This document shows positions 1-12,553 of a DNA stretch of 64,000 bases, one piece after another. The notes beneath the pieces are model-generated. The model was given only the letters and a program-made list of their open reading frames with translations. It made no database searches and was not told the origin of the DNA. Origin of the DNA: Isurus oxyrinchus (lineage: Eukaryota). The stretch lies in assembly GCA_026770705.1 (NCBI GenBank), contig JANJGN010000121.1, positions 1,302,001 to 1,366,000 of the forward strand. The letters are read 5' to 3'. Within the stretch, counting starts at the first letter, position 1; each line of letters opens with the position of its first letter. Made by a program: the position numbers and the translations under genes.

Positions 1-566
1 AGAGAGAGTGTGTGTGAGAGAAAGAGAATGTCTGTGTGAGAGTGAGAGAGAGTTTATGTGTGAGAGAGAAAGGTAGAGAGAGAATGTGTGTGTGAGATAG
101 TGTGTGTGCGAAAGAGAGAGTGTGTCTGTGAGAGAGTTTGAGTATGTGAGAGTGTGTGTGTGTGAGATAGTGTGTGTGCGAAAGAGAGAGTGTGTATGTG
201 AGAGAGTTTGTGTATGTGAGAGAGTGTGTGTTTGAGAGTGTGTGTGTGTGTGTTTGAGATAGGGAGTGTGGGTGTGTTTAAGAGAGTGAACGAGTGAAAA
301 TGTGTGTATGTGTGTGTGTGAGAGAGAGAGGGTGTGTGTGTTTGAGAAAGGGAGTGTGCGAGAGAGAGGTGGTGTGCGTGTTTGAGAGAGAAGAAGATTG
401 TGCATTTGAGAGAGGGAGTGAGAGAGAACGTTTATGTGAGAGAGAGAGTTTGTATGTGTGTGTGTGCGTGTTTGGCTGTGTGTGTGTATGTGTGTATCTG
501 AGTGCGTGCGTGTATGTGTGCCTGTATGTGTGTGTGTGAGTGCGTTCGAGAGTGTGTGCGAGGGTA

Positions 567-597
<31 letters not shown>

Positions 598-602
598 GTG
601 TG
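1..602. repeat. Compound (GA)n/(GT)n microsatellite
   Basis: Directly visible dinucleotide runs. Confidence 0.95.
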
Positions 603-786
603 CATTCTGACTGAGTCGAGTTCACAGTTTCACACGTTGCTAGGGACCACTTTTCCGCCTCTCTGTCAGACTGTGTGTATCTGACAGCAGGTCAGGCAGA
701 AATATTCCAGAATGCGTTCTGGTTTTGTAGCATTGAAACAACGACATGAACTAAATGAGTGCTGCACCAAATAAAGACATGGAGTG

Positions 787-1035
787 ACCACACCAAAAAA
801 CCACGTGACTTCCCCAGTTTCACATCTCCCTCAAACACAGAAAAACTGGGTTAACACTGACCCTCCTCCCAGAGCCAGTTCACCTCGTGTCCGATGCAGT
901 CAGGAGAGGAAGATCATCTCTCCTCCGATCCTGGTAAACTGAACATTTCCAGAATTAGATCAGCTCCCTGAAGTGTCTCCAGTTAGACATTCATCTGACA
1001 GGATTGACTCTACAACCCTGGGGACTCATTCTCCT
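787..1035 (+). promoter_or_regulatory. Candidate promoter and non-coding first exon of Siglec-like locus A
   Basis: ACCACA (RUNX, 787-792), CACGTG (802-807) and ACTTCCCC (ETS/PU.1, 808-815) cluster, followed by a donor CT|GTAAGT at 1035/1036. The exon at 3859 has an acceptor, so an upstream exon is required. Confidence 0.4.
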
Positions 1036-1084
1036 GTAAGTAAAACACTTGCTGCTCCTGTCAAATCTCTTCTGTACAGCATGG

Positions 1085-1360
1085 TCTCTGGATGTCCCAG
1101 AACACTTTACAGTTGAGTTCACCCATTTTTCGAAGTGTGGTTACTGTTGTAATGTAGGAAATGCAGCAGCCAATTAGCGCACAGCAAGCTCCCACGAACA
1201 GCAATGTGAGCATCTGTTTTTGGTGATGTTGGTTGAGGGATAAATATTGGTGCCAGGACACCGGGGAGATCTCCCCCCTGCTCTTCCTCCAAATAGTGGC
1301 TGTGGGATCTTTCACACCCGCCCGAGAGGGCAGACGGGGGACTCGGTTTAGTGTCTGATA
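1085..1360 (-). mobile_element. Deu-domain SINE fragment (SacSINE1/AmnSINE1-like)
   Basis: Reverse complement of the element at 12090-12400; resembles the Deu-domain core as recalled. Confidence 0.7.
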
Positions 1361-2124
1361 TTGGACTAATCTCCAGGCGAGGTTGGCTGGATGGATTATT
1401 GACAAGGTCCATTCACCCTGTAAAGAGTTTCTCTGGTTTGAAATACCCGATCAAACATCGAGTTCTGTGTCTAAACCTTGTGTTGAAAAGACACCTTTCC
1501 AGCTCTTCACCTGCCATTAGCTTGTTGAGTCTTCACATGCTCTGTCTGTCCGTAACCAACCCCTCTTAGCTCATCCTTTCCTTGTCGTACATCGAGCTGC
1601 TCATCCTGACGGGTTCCATCCTTCCCAGTAACACTCCATCTCCGACATCAAACTAACTCCCAACACGTTGATGAATTGTATGGATTCCAGCGTCAGTTGG
1701 TTCTGTCTGAGGCTGTTTCTCTGATCGGGGACCGAGCTGTTCTGAACGGACATTGTGTTCAGCAGTTCTTATTGCAGATCAGGCTGTTCAACCAATGCTG
1801 CTGTTCACTGAGGTGACTCCGATTCTACATTCACACATTAATGATCTCATGTCCAGCAGCAAACATCTGAATGAAGCCAGGTTCAAGAAAAATCCCAGCT
1901 GCTTGATCCGACAGTTATCTGTTCAGGCATGGCCCCTTGTTCCAAATAACAAACATTATTTAAAAATAGTCATCACATGAGCCTGGTTAACAAGGAAATG
2001 AAACCATGAACAATTTGCAGTGAAGTGAAACGTACAGGACTAATCTATTTATATTGAGCTGATGATATAGAATGTTACACGAGGCATGTTGCTAATTTCA
2101 AACATCATCTGAATTACGGTAGTT

Positions 2125-2845
2125 CTGACAGTGCAGCACTCCCTCAGTACTGACCCTCTGACAGTGCAGCACTCCCTCAGTACTGACCCTCCGACAGTGC
2201 AGCACTCCCTCAGTACTGACCCTCTGACAGCGCAGCACTCCCTCAGTACTGAACCTTTGACAGTGCAGCACTCCCTCAGTACTGACCCTCTGACAGTGCA
2301 GCACTCCCTCAGTACTGACCCTCCGACAGTGCAGCACTCCCTCAGTACTGACCCATGACAGTGCAGCACTCCCTCAGTACTGACCCTCCGACAGTGCAGC
2401 ACTCCCTCAGTACTGACCCTCTGACAGTGCAGCACTCCCTCAGTACTGACCCTCTGACAGTGCAGCACTCACTCAGCACTGAGCCTCTGACAGTGCAGCA
2501 CTCCCTCAGTACTGACACTCTGACAGTGCAGCACTCCCTCAGTACTGACCCTCTGACAGTGCAGCACTCCCTCAGCACTGACCCTCTGACAGTGCAGCAC
2601 TCCCTCAGTACTGATCCTCTGACCGTGCAGTACTCCCTCAGTACTGACACTCTGACAGTGCAGCACTCCCTTAGTACTGACCCATTGACAGTACAGCACT
2701 CCCTCAGTACTGACCCTCTGACTGTACAGCACTCCCTCAGTACTGACCCTCTGACAGTGCAGCACTCCCTCAGCCCTGACCCTCTGACAGTGCAGCACTC
2801 CCTCAGCACTGACCCTCTGACAGTGCAGCACCCCCTGAGCACTCC
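2125..2845. repeat. 33-bp minisatellite (GTGCAGCACTCCCTCAGTACTGACCCTCTGACA), ~21 copies
   Basis: Unit directly visible; gives the repetitive TVQHSLSTDPL ORFs. Confidence 0.95.
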
Positions 2846-2911
2846 CTCACTGGGGAGAATCTGCCTGGGTTTTGAGCTGAAATCATGAGCAGGTCTTAAA
2901 TCCTTCCGTAT

Positions 2912-3600
2912 CAGAGAGAAGAGGGAGAGAGTGTGAGAGAGAGAGAGAAAGAGAGGGAGAGAGAGACAGTGTGAGAGAGAAAAAGAGATAGAGAGAGTGT
3001 GTGCATGTGTGAGGGAGAGTGTGTGTGTATGAGGGAGAGATTGTGCATGTGAGAGAGAGTGTGTTTGAGAGAGAGTGTGTGTGAGGGAGAGAATGCGTGT
3101 GTGAGAGAGTGTGTTTGAGAGAGAGTGTGTGTGTGAGAGAGTGTGTGTGAGGGAGAGAATGTGCGTGTGAGAGAGAGAATGCGTGTGTGAGAGAGAGAGG
3201 GTGCTTGTGTGTGAGAGAGAGTGTGTTTGAGAGAGAGAGGGTGCTTGTGTGTGAGAGAGAATGTGCGAGAGAGAGAGAGGGTACTTGTGTGTGAGAGAGA
3301 GAAAGAGGGAGACAGCAGAAGAGCGAGATAGAGAGAAATGGTGAAAGTTTGAGAGAGAGAGAATGTGTGTGTCAGAGAGAGAATGAGTGTGTTTGAGAGA
3401 GAGAGAGAATGTGTGTGTGTGAGAGAGAGAGATAGAGCAGAAGAGTGCGATAGAGAGATTGTGAGAGTTAGAGAGAGAATGTGTGTGTGTGAGAGAGAGA
3501 GAGAGCAGAAGAGTGTGATAGATAGAGATTGTGAGTGTTAGAGAGAGAATGTGTGTGTGTGAGAGAGAGATAGAGCAGAAGAGTGCGATAGAGACAGATT
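2912..3600. repeat. (GA)/(GT) compound microsatellite
   Basis: Visible. Confidence 0.9.
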
Positions 3601-3872
3601 GTGAGGACTAAATTCACTGAGAGAAAAAGCTGGACACCCAGCAGAGGGAGTGAGGGAACAATGAATTTTTGCCGTCTTTGGTGAATCAGTTTGCGATGTC
3701 CCTTCTCAATCTCTCCTTCCTTGTCTTGACGTTAGTTTATTCCCTGGGGCTGTTTAATTCCCTGAAAGGTGCCATTTAAACACAAGTTGTTGTTGTTTGA
3801 GGAAGAAACGCTGGGGACAATATATGAAAAAGTCTCTGTCTTTATCATTTCCATTTAGATGAGGAACTGAAG

Positions 3873-3918
3873 ATGGGAGAGGTCGGTCTGATATTGATCT
3901 TCATCAGCTTGCTGCAAG
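3873..3918 (+). CDS. Signal-peptide exon of Siglec-like locus A (MGEVGLILIFISLLQ, phase 1)
   Basis: Acceptor TTTAG ends at 3858; AAGATGG start context; hydrophobic leader; donor AG|GTAC; joins the V exon at 4739 in frame. Confidence 0.85.
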
Positions 3919-4254
3919 GTACAAATTCATTACTGATCAGAACTCAGGGAATTGGATTCTTTCCTGGAGTGAGGAAGTGAACATTTATTTTTAGAGAACA
4001 GGGTTAGTGATCACACAGAGAGTGAGTGATTAGCGAGTCAGAGAATATAGCAAAAGCAAAAGCCTCATACGGACTCAAAACACCAACTCTGTTTCTCTCT
4101 CCACAGATGCTGTCAGACCTGCTGAGTTTTTCCAGCATTTTCTGTTTGTGCATCAGAGAGCTTGTTTCAATAGGAATGACAGTGCATTTGTATAGCACCT
4201 TTAATGCAGTAAAACATCCTTATTGCTTCACAGGATTCCCCCACAAGGGGTAAC

Positions 4255-4705
4255 ATCCCCTCAGCATCCACCCTGTCAAACCCCCCACCACCTCAGAATC
4301 TTATATGTTTCAATAAGATCACCTCTCATTCTTCTAAACTCCAATGGATACAGGGCCCAACCTGCTCAACATTTCCTCATAAGACAAACCCCCTTCATCC
4401 CAGGAATCAGCCCAGTGATCCTCCTCTGAGCTGCCTCCAATGCAGAGTCTATCCCTCCCTAAGTAAGGAGACCAGAACTGTACACACTGCTCCTGATACA
4501 ATCTCACCAACGCCCTGTACAGTTGTAGCAAGACTTCCCTCCTTTTATACTCCATCCCTTTGCAATAAAGGCCAACATTCCACTTGCCTTCCTCATTCCG
4601 TGCTGTTCCTGAATGCTGACTTTCTGTGATTCATGTACAAGGACACCCAGATCCCTCTGTACCGCATTCTGTAGATTCTCTCCATTGAAGTAATATTCTG
4701 CTTTT
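4255..4705 (-). mobile_element. CR1 LINE ORF2 3' fragment
   Basis: MEYKRREVLLQLYRALVR..CVQFWSPYL is typical of the CR1 RT C-terminus. Confidence 0.85.
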
Positions 4706-4738
4706 TGATGTCCTGTCCCCTCCCTTGTTGCCTTTCAG

Positions 4739-5040
4739 GAGTGACGTCAGAGGGATGGTCTATGAAGGCGCTGCCTCAGAGGGCCATCAGCAGCTCTTGT
4801 GTGGTTATTCCGTGTAGCTTTGACTTTCCTTCCCACTCTTACACAGCACTGCATGGAGCTTGGTATAAATATTGGTATAGATGGAAATATACCATCACAT
4901 ACACCAAAGATCCCAATTATGCGATGGCCACATTCGTGGGACGTGCTAAAATAATCAGCGACTTGGAAGGGAAGAATTGTTCGGTGGGGATTGACAGTCT
5001 CAGAGCTGAAGACAGTGACGTGTATTACACCCAATTCTAA
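4739..5040 (+). pseudogene. Truncated Siglec V-set exon (locus A)
   Basis: Acceptor CTTTCAG; SCVVIPCSFDFP...W...FVGRAKIISD...NCSVGIDSLRAEDSDVYY, then TQF-stop contributed by retroelement sequence. The F-strand Arg, G strand and donor are missing. Confidence 0.85.
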
Positions 5041-6165
5041 ATCTTTTCACCAATTAGTCGTCCTCATGAAGATGTATTTTCAGCTGAAGCCGTGGGTAAT
5101 AATGCAGAGGTTTAAGTTTAACTCCAGAGTAAGGGCCCAGGGAGAGTCCATCGCAACCTATACAGTGAAGTGGAAGCAGGTGACTGAGCACTGGGACCTC
5201 GGAGACACACTCAATGACATGTTGCAGGGCCGATTGGTTTGTGTCGTTCACCCCAACGCCATTCAGAGCCGTTTACTCGCAGAAGCCGACATCGATTTGA
5301 AGCGCACCATGGAAATAGCGCCAGGCATGGAATGTGCTGGGAGAGACTGGCGGGATCTACAGGAATATGCAACATGGCGCCAGTCCTCAGCTGGGACAGG
5401 AACCAACCACCGGGCGTGAGGCTCAAACTGGAGAGAGAGAGAGAGAGGGAGAGAGAGAGAGAGACAGCCGCCAAGCGAGAGACAGTCTCTGCTGCTCCAG
5501 AAACTAAAAGCCTTCGTGGGAGTATTTCAGCAGCAACTCCGAAGTTGGCCTGTTCTCGATGTGGGGGGCATTGAGCACGTACCGGACACCTGCAGGTTCA
5601 AGGGGGCAGAATGCCATCACTGCCACAAGAAAGGGGCGGGTAATAAAGCAATGCAGGGTGAAATCGAGACAGCCCATCAGGCAGTGCACCAACATGATGG
5701 AAGTGAATAATATCACAGAGCCTGAAGCTGCTGATACCGATGTCTATTCCCTGTCCAATGTCACAGTGGTAAAAACTGAACCTATAACCATCACAACCCA
5801 AGTGAATGGGCAGCCACTAGTAATGGGGCAGATACGGGAGCCTCAGACACAGTGGTGGAAGAGCCCACATTTAAACAGCTAAATGAAGGAACCCAGACGC
5901 TGAATTTAGAGCAAACAATGGATCAGCTGAAGACACACACTGGAGAATCCATACAGGGAAAGGACCTCATCCCAGTACCTGTGTCCTACAGGCAGCAGAC
6001 AGCCCAGCTTCCAGTGATCATAGCGACAGGTGAGGGCCCTAGTCTTCTGGGCCGAGACTGGTTCCAGAAAACCAAGCTCAGCTGCTCTGAAATGTTTCAC
6101 TGGAGGAGTTGCTGAGTTGCTGGGGGAATATGAGAGTGTATCTCGGAATGAGTTTGAAGAATTGA
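5027..6165 (+). mobile_element. Degenerate Ty3/Gypsy gag-protease fragment
   Basis: Gag motifs (RFKFNSRVRAQGESI, LNDMLQGRLVC, IQSRLLAE); zinc knuckles (CSRCGGH, CHHCHKKG); protease DTGAS (~5830) and GPSLLGRDW; frameshifted. Confidence 0.85.
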
Positions 6166-6411
6166 AGCATCCTCACAGGCTGCAAGTGTCCCTCAGGTCA
6201 GAGTTGGTTCCACTGGAAAATCCTGAAGAGAAAGAAAGCGAATTCTGTGCCGCTCTGAGCAAACTGAAGAAACAGTTGGCAGGGAAGACCCAACCATGTC
6301 CAATGTTCCAGGAGGAAGGCAAGAGATACAAGGAAGAGACTGAAGAGCTGAAGATTCAGCTGAATGAAACCAAAGAGGCAGTTACAGTATCACAACAAGT
6401 TTACAGTGCAG

Positions 6412-6690
6412 AAGGAGGCCATTCAGCCCCTCGAGCCTGTTACACAGGAACAGGAGCAAGCCCATTCAGCCACTGATGTCTGTTACACAGGAACGGAAGG
6501 AGGCCCATTTAGCTCCTCAAGCCTGTTACACAGGAACTGGAGGAGGCCCATTCAGCCCCCTTGAGCCTGTTACACAAGAACAGGAGGAGGCCCATTCAGC
6601 CCCCTCAAGCCTGTTACACAGAAAAAGGACGAGGCCCATTCAGCCACTGATGCCCGTTACACAGGAACAGGAGGAGGCCATTCAGCCCCT
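6412..6690. repeat. ~41-43 bp minisatellite (GGAGGCCCATTCAGCCCCTCGAGCCTGTTACACAGGAAC), ~7 copies
   Basis: Visible; unit resembles an antisense CR1 3' tail. Confidence 0.85.
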
Positions 6691-7910
6691 TGTAGGGTGT
6701 GGTGGTGTGTGTCAGCTTCACCTGCGACTTCTGAGCCGTCTGAATCACTCCCACTCCCTGGGTTCTAGACCTTGGACTTATTCGGGGCTTGTCACAAAGT
6801 GCAGCAGACAACTGGTTTTGGTGCAAGACAAAAACTGAGTTTACTGAAGTCACAAATGAACTTCTAACATTAGGATGACACTGAGATTATACAGACTTAC
6901 AATGTACACTGAGTTAAGAATGGGGAACACACGGCATAACGAGGGAGAATCACGCTACTAATGCCCTTACCCTTGTCCCACCCCCCATCCCTAACTAAAT
7001 TGCACTAGGAGAGGTCAGGGGTCACGCTCACCAACCCAGGGTTCCTTGACAGGTGGAAATCCAGCCAGGTAAGCCGGTTGCAGTTTTGGGGGACGCTCTT
7101 AGTGTCCTCTGGGGCCTGTCATCCCCACGTGGTCCTGGTCTGTGGAATCTGTGAAGGGTCTTCAGTTGGGTGGAGGGCGCGGTTGTGGGTGGTCGATCTT
7201 CATGGAGGGCAGCGGTTGTGGCCTTGTTGTCTTCGGTTGAGCCTGCCACCCCGTGCCCCTCACCGTGATGTTGCCTGTGGGCCTGCAAACCTCCAGATCT
7301 CCTTGCTTAAACTCTGTTTCAACCGCTCCCAACTGCTCACTGCCCTGTGTCAGCTTTCAACACTGCAACCCTTCTGCTGGCTGGTTTCTCTCCCAACTGA
7401 CTGCCCAGTTATACTGCCTTTCGAGTTTCTTATCGCAATCCAAATCAAGGTTCGTTCTTTGTTTGTCTTTGGTGGGCTTCCCCAGGTGATTGATGTCTCG
7501 TTGTTGTTAATGGGCTCGCATGATGTTTATCATTGTCTTCCTGCCCAGTAACTAGTTTTGAACTGAAAGCCATTGTATGTGTGGAGTATTGATGGGTTCG
7601 CATAATTAAATTGCCGGCCTCAGAAGTTAGGAGCGATTATTGATGCAAGATTTAGATGGGCTTCAGTTGCGTGTGAAGTGAAGTCTTTCTCTGGGTTGAT
7701 TGTATTAAAGGGAAGAATGCGTATTCTGTCTCCTCTCGTTGTCTGGTTTCAGGCCAAACATTCCACACTGCTCTCAATAAGCCCGGACATGTGCAGCCCC
7801 AGGCCTTCATGGGCCCAGCCTCCTGTCTGCAGGGTTTTCCACTTAACTCAGCAGTTTAAAGGTGCAAAAGTGATATCCTTGTTGATGATATGGAAAATGT
7901 GGGAATTTTG
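6691..7910. mobile_element. Possible LTR-element remnant (unclassified)
   Basis: Starts abruptly with TGTAG; non-repetitive composition; no recognisable protein motif. Confidence 0.25.
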
Positions 7911-7924
7911 AGAACCCTTCAAGA

Positions 7925-8210
7925 GATAGGGAGGGTTACAGGGGCTGGAGGAGGTTACAGGTATAGGGAGGGGTGTAGGGGTTGAAGGTGGTTACAGAGA
8001 TGGGGAGGGTTGTGGGGGTTGAAGGTGGTTACAGAGATGGGGAGGGTTGTGGGGGTTGGAGGAGGTTACAGATATAGGGAGGGGTGTAGGGGTTGAAGGT
8101 GGTTACAGAGATGGGGAGGGTTGTAGAGGCAGGTGGAGGCTGCCTTAGGGAGGGTTGTAGGGGCTGGAGGAAAGGGACAGAGAGAGGAGGTTACAGATAT
8201 AGGGAGGGAG
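7925..8210. repeat. ~37-bp minisatellite (GGAGGTTACAGAGATAGGGAGGGTTGTAGGGGCTGGA)
   Basis: Visible; inverse orientation of 10860-11680. Confidence 0.9.
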
Positions 8211-8354
8211 ACAGTCAGAGAGAGAGCCTCCAGGAGATAGAGAGCGATAGAGAGATTGAGAGACAGACAGAGACTGAGAGAGGGAGAAGAGAGAAGGAGA
8301 GTGAGAGAGAGAGAGAACAAGTGTGAAAGATGGTGGAAGGGAAGAGTGGGGAGG

Positions 8355-8710
8355 TGTTGGCCTGATGGTATTTTCACTGGACCAGTAATCCAGAGACCCA
8401 GTGTAATGCTCCTGGGACCCTGGTTAGAATCTCACCACAGCAGTTGGTGGAATTTCAATTCAATAAAAACCTGGAATTAAAAGTCCGATGATGACCAGGA
8501 AACCATTGCTGATTCTTGTATTTGGGTCACAAATGCCCTTTAGGGAGGGAAATCTGCTGTCCTTACCTGGTCTGGCCTACATGTGACTCCAGACCCACAG
8601 CAATGTTGTTCACTTTTAAAAAGTGGCCTCTGAACAAGGGCAATTAGGGTTGGGCAATAAATGCTGGCCTAGGCAGTGATGTCCACATCACATGAAAGAA
8701 TGAAATAAAA
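8355..8710 (+). mobile_element. tRNA-derived SINE
   Basis: Same family as 58320-58580 and 57300-57550; 3' end GGGCAATAAATGCTGGCC shared with the LINE at 15610-16055. Confidence 0.75.
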
Positions 8711-9282
8711 GGACAGAGAGGGACAGACAGAGTCGAGAGACACCCAGAATGAAAAAAACACAGTAAAGACTGGAAAATAAACATTCTGGTCTGATCTGGT
8801 CTTGTATACCTTCAAATGGAACACCAGTAAAACAGGGAAATAAGAGTACTGGGCCAAACTGTTAGAGAGGGGCACATTTAGAGAGAGAGAGAGAGAGAGA
8901 AAGAGGGAGACACTGAAAGAGATAAGGACAAGGAAAGAAAGAGTGAGAGAGAGAGACAGACAGAGACACACAAAGAAGTAGAAAGAAAGTGATAGAGATG
9001 AAGCAGGAGAGAATGAGGAGAAAGATAGATAGATAGAGAGAGAGGATGGTAGAGAAAGAGAACGAGAGGAAAAGAGACAAAGGCAGAATGTGATGGAACA
9101 CTGAATCCTTGTCTATGCGTTTTGAAATCCAGCCCAGAACTATCATTGGAAGTTTCAGCGAGTGTCCAGTACAGAGGACCCAGCCCAACCTTCTCATCCT
9201 GACCTTCCCAGTGGGGCTGAAGAGGGCAGAGAGGAAACCTTCCTCTGTTATTCTGTTGTCGAATAAACACAACAATTCTGGA

Positions 9283-9910
9283 ACTCTGCCCTTTCTATCT
9301 CATGGATTAGAATATAAGGGGGCAGAGGTCATGCTTCAGTCTACATAAAGCCCTGGCTAGACCACACCTGGAGTCACTGTGAGACATTCTGGGCCCCACA
9401 CCTTAGGAAGGATATATTGACCTCGGAGGGAGAGCAGTGTCAGTTTACCAGAATGAGACCGGGACTCCAAGGGTTAAATCACAAGGAGAGATTAAACACA
9501 AACTCGGCTTGTATTCCCTGGAAGTTACAATGTTAAGCAGGAGATTTGATGAAAGTTCGCATGATATTAAGGGGAACAGATCGGGGGCGATAAAGAGAAA
9601 CCATTTCCCCTGGTTGGGGGGAGTCTGGGACTCGGGGTCAGAGCCTAAATAGGAGAGGCTGACCTTTCAGGAGTGAAATTAGGAAGCACAAAGTGTGGGA
9701 GAAATTTGGAACGGTCTTCCCCAAACAGGAACTGATGCACGATCAAGTTGTTCATTTTAAACCTGTGAGACTGATAGATTTTTGTTATCCAAAGGTATTA
9801 AAGGAGATGGGACAAAGGCATATGGGGCTAGTTTGCAGATCAGCCATGATCTCATTGAATGGTGGAGCAGGCTCGAGGGGCCAAATGGCCTCCTCCTACC
9901 CTCATGTAAT
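9283..9910 (+). mobile_element. CR1 LINE 3' fragment
   Basis: Degenerate GLEYKGAEVMLQ..YKALARPHLE..FWAPHLRKD, plus CR1 3' UTR. Confidence 0.8.
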
Positions 9911-10859
9911 AGAAACTTACCTGTCAGAAGCCAGTTTATGTTGATGTGAGTCTGAGTCGATGACTGAACCCAGTTGGTGAATTGTTCCATACAAAGCAAG
10001 AACGTTCATGCCCTTCAATGTTCCTGGATAAACCATGAACAAAGCTGGTGACAGACAGTCTCCACATGGTAAACACTGACCGATCAACACATGACATGGC
10101 TGTTAACCCTTAAACCTCAGCGTAAATCAGTTCCCCCTCGAGGCCCCTTGTCCAAAATAAAAGCAACGCACACAATTTGTAAAATAGTAAGTGTAGCAAT
10201 GAGAGGAGTAAGGGGTTAGGGGGCATGCGGTTCACCTGATTTGCCGACATAAGAACCAGCCCCTCTGTTTTTGCTATGTTGTGTTGCGTCAATATGAACA
10301 CATATTTGCACAAGGTGAAGGGCGTTGCGGAGGGACTGACAGTTCTCGGCGCCAGACAGTCAATGTCCCAGTGACCTTACTGCTGGTCCCAGGCCAGTGG
10401 GACAGGGAACATCGACACTGCAATATCCAGAAATGGGTGTGATACCACACAGCAACCCGCCCCCGGCTGTCCCCTTCAAGTGTTTCAGGTATAAGAGCAG
10501 GAAGCTCCTCTAGTTACAAACCAAAGCATCAAAGCAGAGCCAGAAGATCAGAAGAGACAGGCAGAGATGGGAAGCTCCCAGATGAAATGGCGACTTGTCT
10601 TGTTCACTCTGACTTTGCTGCTCTCCCTGCAGCTGAGTCACTTCTTCTCCTTGTCAAGGGTAAGCTAAGAGATGTCCCTCTGGGTGAGGTGTTTCTTGCA
10701 CATGACTCTACATCTACCACCCAGATAGACTGGTCACTTCCGCAGTTTGATATTATTATGTTCGTGCCTTTAATATTGTCGCCCTCTATGAATTTAACAT
10801 CATTTCCTTCTGTCATTTCCCCTGAAATTCTCATTCTTGTTTTCAATCCCTCCTCAGCG

Positions 10860-11680
10860 ACTCCCTATCTCTGTAACCTCCTCCGGCCCGTACAACGCTC
10901 CCTATCTCTGTAAACTCCTCCAGCCCCTACAACCCTCCCTATCTCTGTAACCTCCTCCAGCCGCTACAACCCTCCCTATATCTGTAACCTCCTCCAGCCC
11001 CTACAACAATCCCCATCTCTGTAACTTCCTCCAGCCCCTACAACTGTCCCTATCTCTGTTACCTCCTCCAGCCCCTACAACACTCCCTATCTCCGTAACC
11101 TCCTCCAGCCCCTACAACCCTCCCTATCTCTGTAACCTCCTCCAGCCCCTATAAACCTCCCTATCTCTGTAACCTCCCCCAGGCCCCACAACCCTCATGA
11201 TCACTGTAACCTCCTCTAGACTCTACAACCCTCCCTATCTCTGTAACCTCCTCCAGACCCTACAACCCTCCCTATCTCTGTAACCTCCTCCAGGCCCCAC
11301 GACCCTCAGAATCACTGTAACCTCCTCCAGCCCCTACAATGCTCATGAACTCTATAACGTCCTCTCCACACTATAACTCTCCCTATCTCTGTAACCTACT
11401 GTGGCCCCAACAGCAGTATCTATTTTGGTAACCTCCTCCAGCCTCTACAACCCTCCTTACCTCTGTAACCTCCTCCAGCCCCCACAACCCCCCCCATCTC
11501 TTTAACATCCTACAGCCCCTACTCACCTCCCTATCTCTGTAACCTCCTACAGCCCCTACAACCTTCCCTATCTCTGTCACCTCCTACAGCCTCTAGAACC
11601 CTCCCTATCTCTGTTACCTCCTACAGCCTCTACAACCCTCCCTATCTCTGTAACCTCCTCCAGCCGGAACAACCCTACCT
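10860..11680. repeat. 37-bp minisatellite (CTCCCTATCTCTGTAACCTCCTCCAGCCCCTACAACC), ~22 copies
   Basis: Visible. Confidence 0.95.
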
Positions 11681-11744
11681 AAATCTCTGGTCTGAGTCTC
11701 ACTCCAGGGAATTCAGTCCCATAACGTTGGTCAACACTCCGTGC

Positions 11745-12400
11745 TGAGGGAGTGCTGCACTGTCAGAGGGTCAGTTGTGTGGAAGTGTTGCACTATTGGA
11801 GGGACAGTACTGAGTGAGTGCTATACTGTCGGAGGTCAGTACTGAGGAAGTGCTGCTGTGTCGGAGGGTCAGTACTGAGGGAGCGCTGCACTGACGGAGG
11901 GACAATACTGTGGGAGTGCAGCACTATCGAAGGGTTAGTACTGAGGGAGTGCTGCTGTGTCGAAGGGTTAGTACTGAAATAGAGCTGCACTGACGGAGGG
12001 ACAGTACTGAGGGAGCGTAGCACTATCGAAGGGTTAATACTAAGGGAGTGCTGCAGTGTCAAAGGGTTAGTACTGAGGGAGCACAACAATGTTGAATGAG
12101 ACATTAAACTGAGTCCCCAGTCTGCCCTCTCGGGCGGGTGTGAAAGATCCCACAGCCACTATTTGGAGGAAGAGCAGGGGGGAGATCTCCCCGGTGTCCT
12201 GGGACCAGTATTTATCCCTCACCCAACATCACCAAAAACAGATGATCTAGGCCATGATCACATTGCTATTTGTGGGATCTTGCTGTGCACAAATCAGCTG
12301 CCACATTTCCTACAGTGTGAGTGCACTTCAAAAACATCCTTCAGTGGCTGTGAAATGCTTTGGGATGTGGTGAAAGGCGTTAGAGAAATGCAAGTCTGTC
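11745..12400 (+). mobile_element. Deu-domain SINE with internal 33-bp minisatellite expansion (11745-12090)
   Basis: Minisatellite runs directly into the SINE body and 3' tail (AAATGCAAGTC). Confidence 0.75.
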
Positions 12401-12496
12401 CTCCTCCCCCTCTCTCTCCTGTACCTCTCTCTCTCTCTCTCCCTCTCCCTCAATCCTCCTCTCACTTTCTCCCTGATAAATTCTTTCTTTTTGCAG

Positions 12497-12553
12497 GTTG
12501 ACACTGCTTTAGGTTCTTCGACGATTGAGAAATCTGTGGATTCCCCGGACACG
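12497..12553 (+). CDS. Candidate short cytoplasmic exon (VDTALGSSTIEKSVDSPDT, phase 0/0), locus A
   Basis: Strong pyrimidine tract TTTTTGCAG; donor CG|GTAGGT; 57 nt open; phase matches the terminal exon. Confidence 0.6.

Noticed and set aside
1360-2050. Possible degenerate coding or retroelement sequence on the minus strand
   Set aside because: Multiple stops; no motif I can support
2125-2845. CRISPR-like appearance of the 33-37 bp repeats
   Set aside because: Head-to-tail with no unique spacers; vertebrate context; no cas genes
2049-2888. Cys/His-rich repetitive ORFs (RECCTVRGSVL, TVQHSLSTDPL), also at ~14.1, 17.3 and 60.0 kb
   Set aside because: Translations of a 33-bp minisatellite that is open in several frames on both strands
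10080-10850. Non-repetitive stretch with ORFs 10587-10913 (+) and 10604-10846 (-), considered as the missing TM exon or a gene fragment
   Set aside because: No convincing TM segment with splice sites and no recognisable domain
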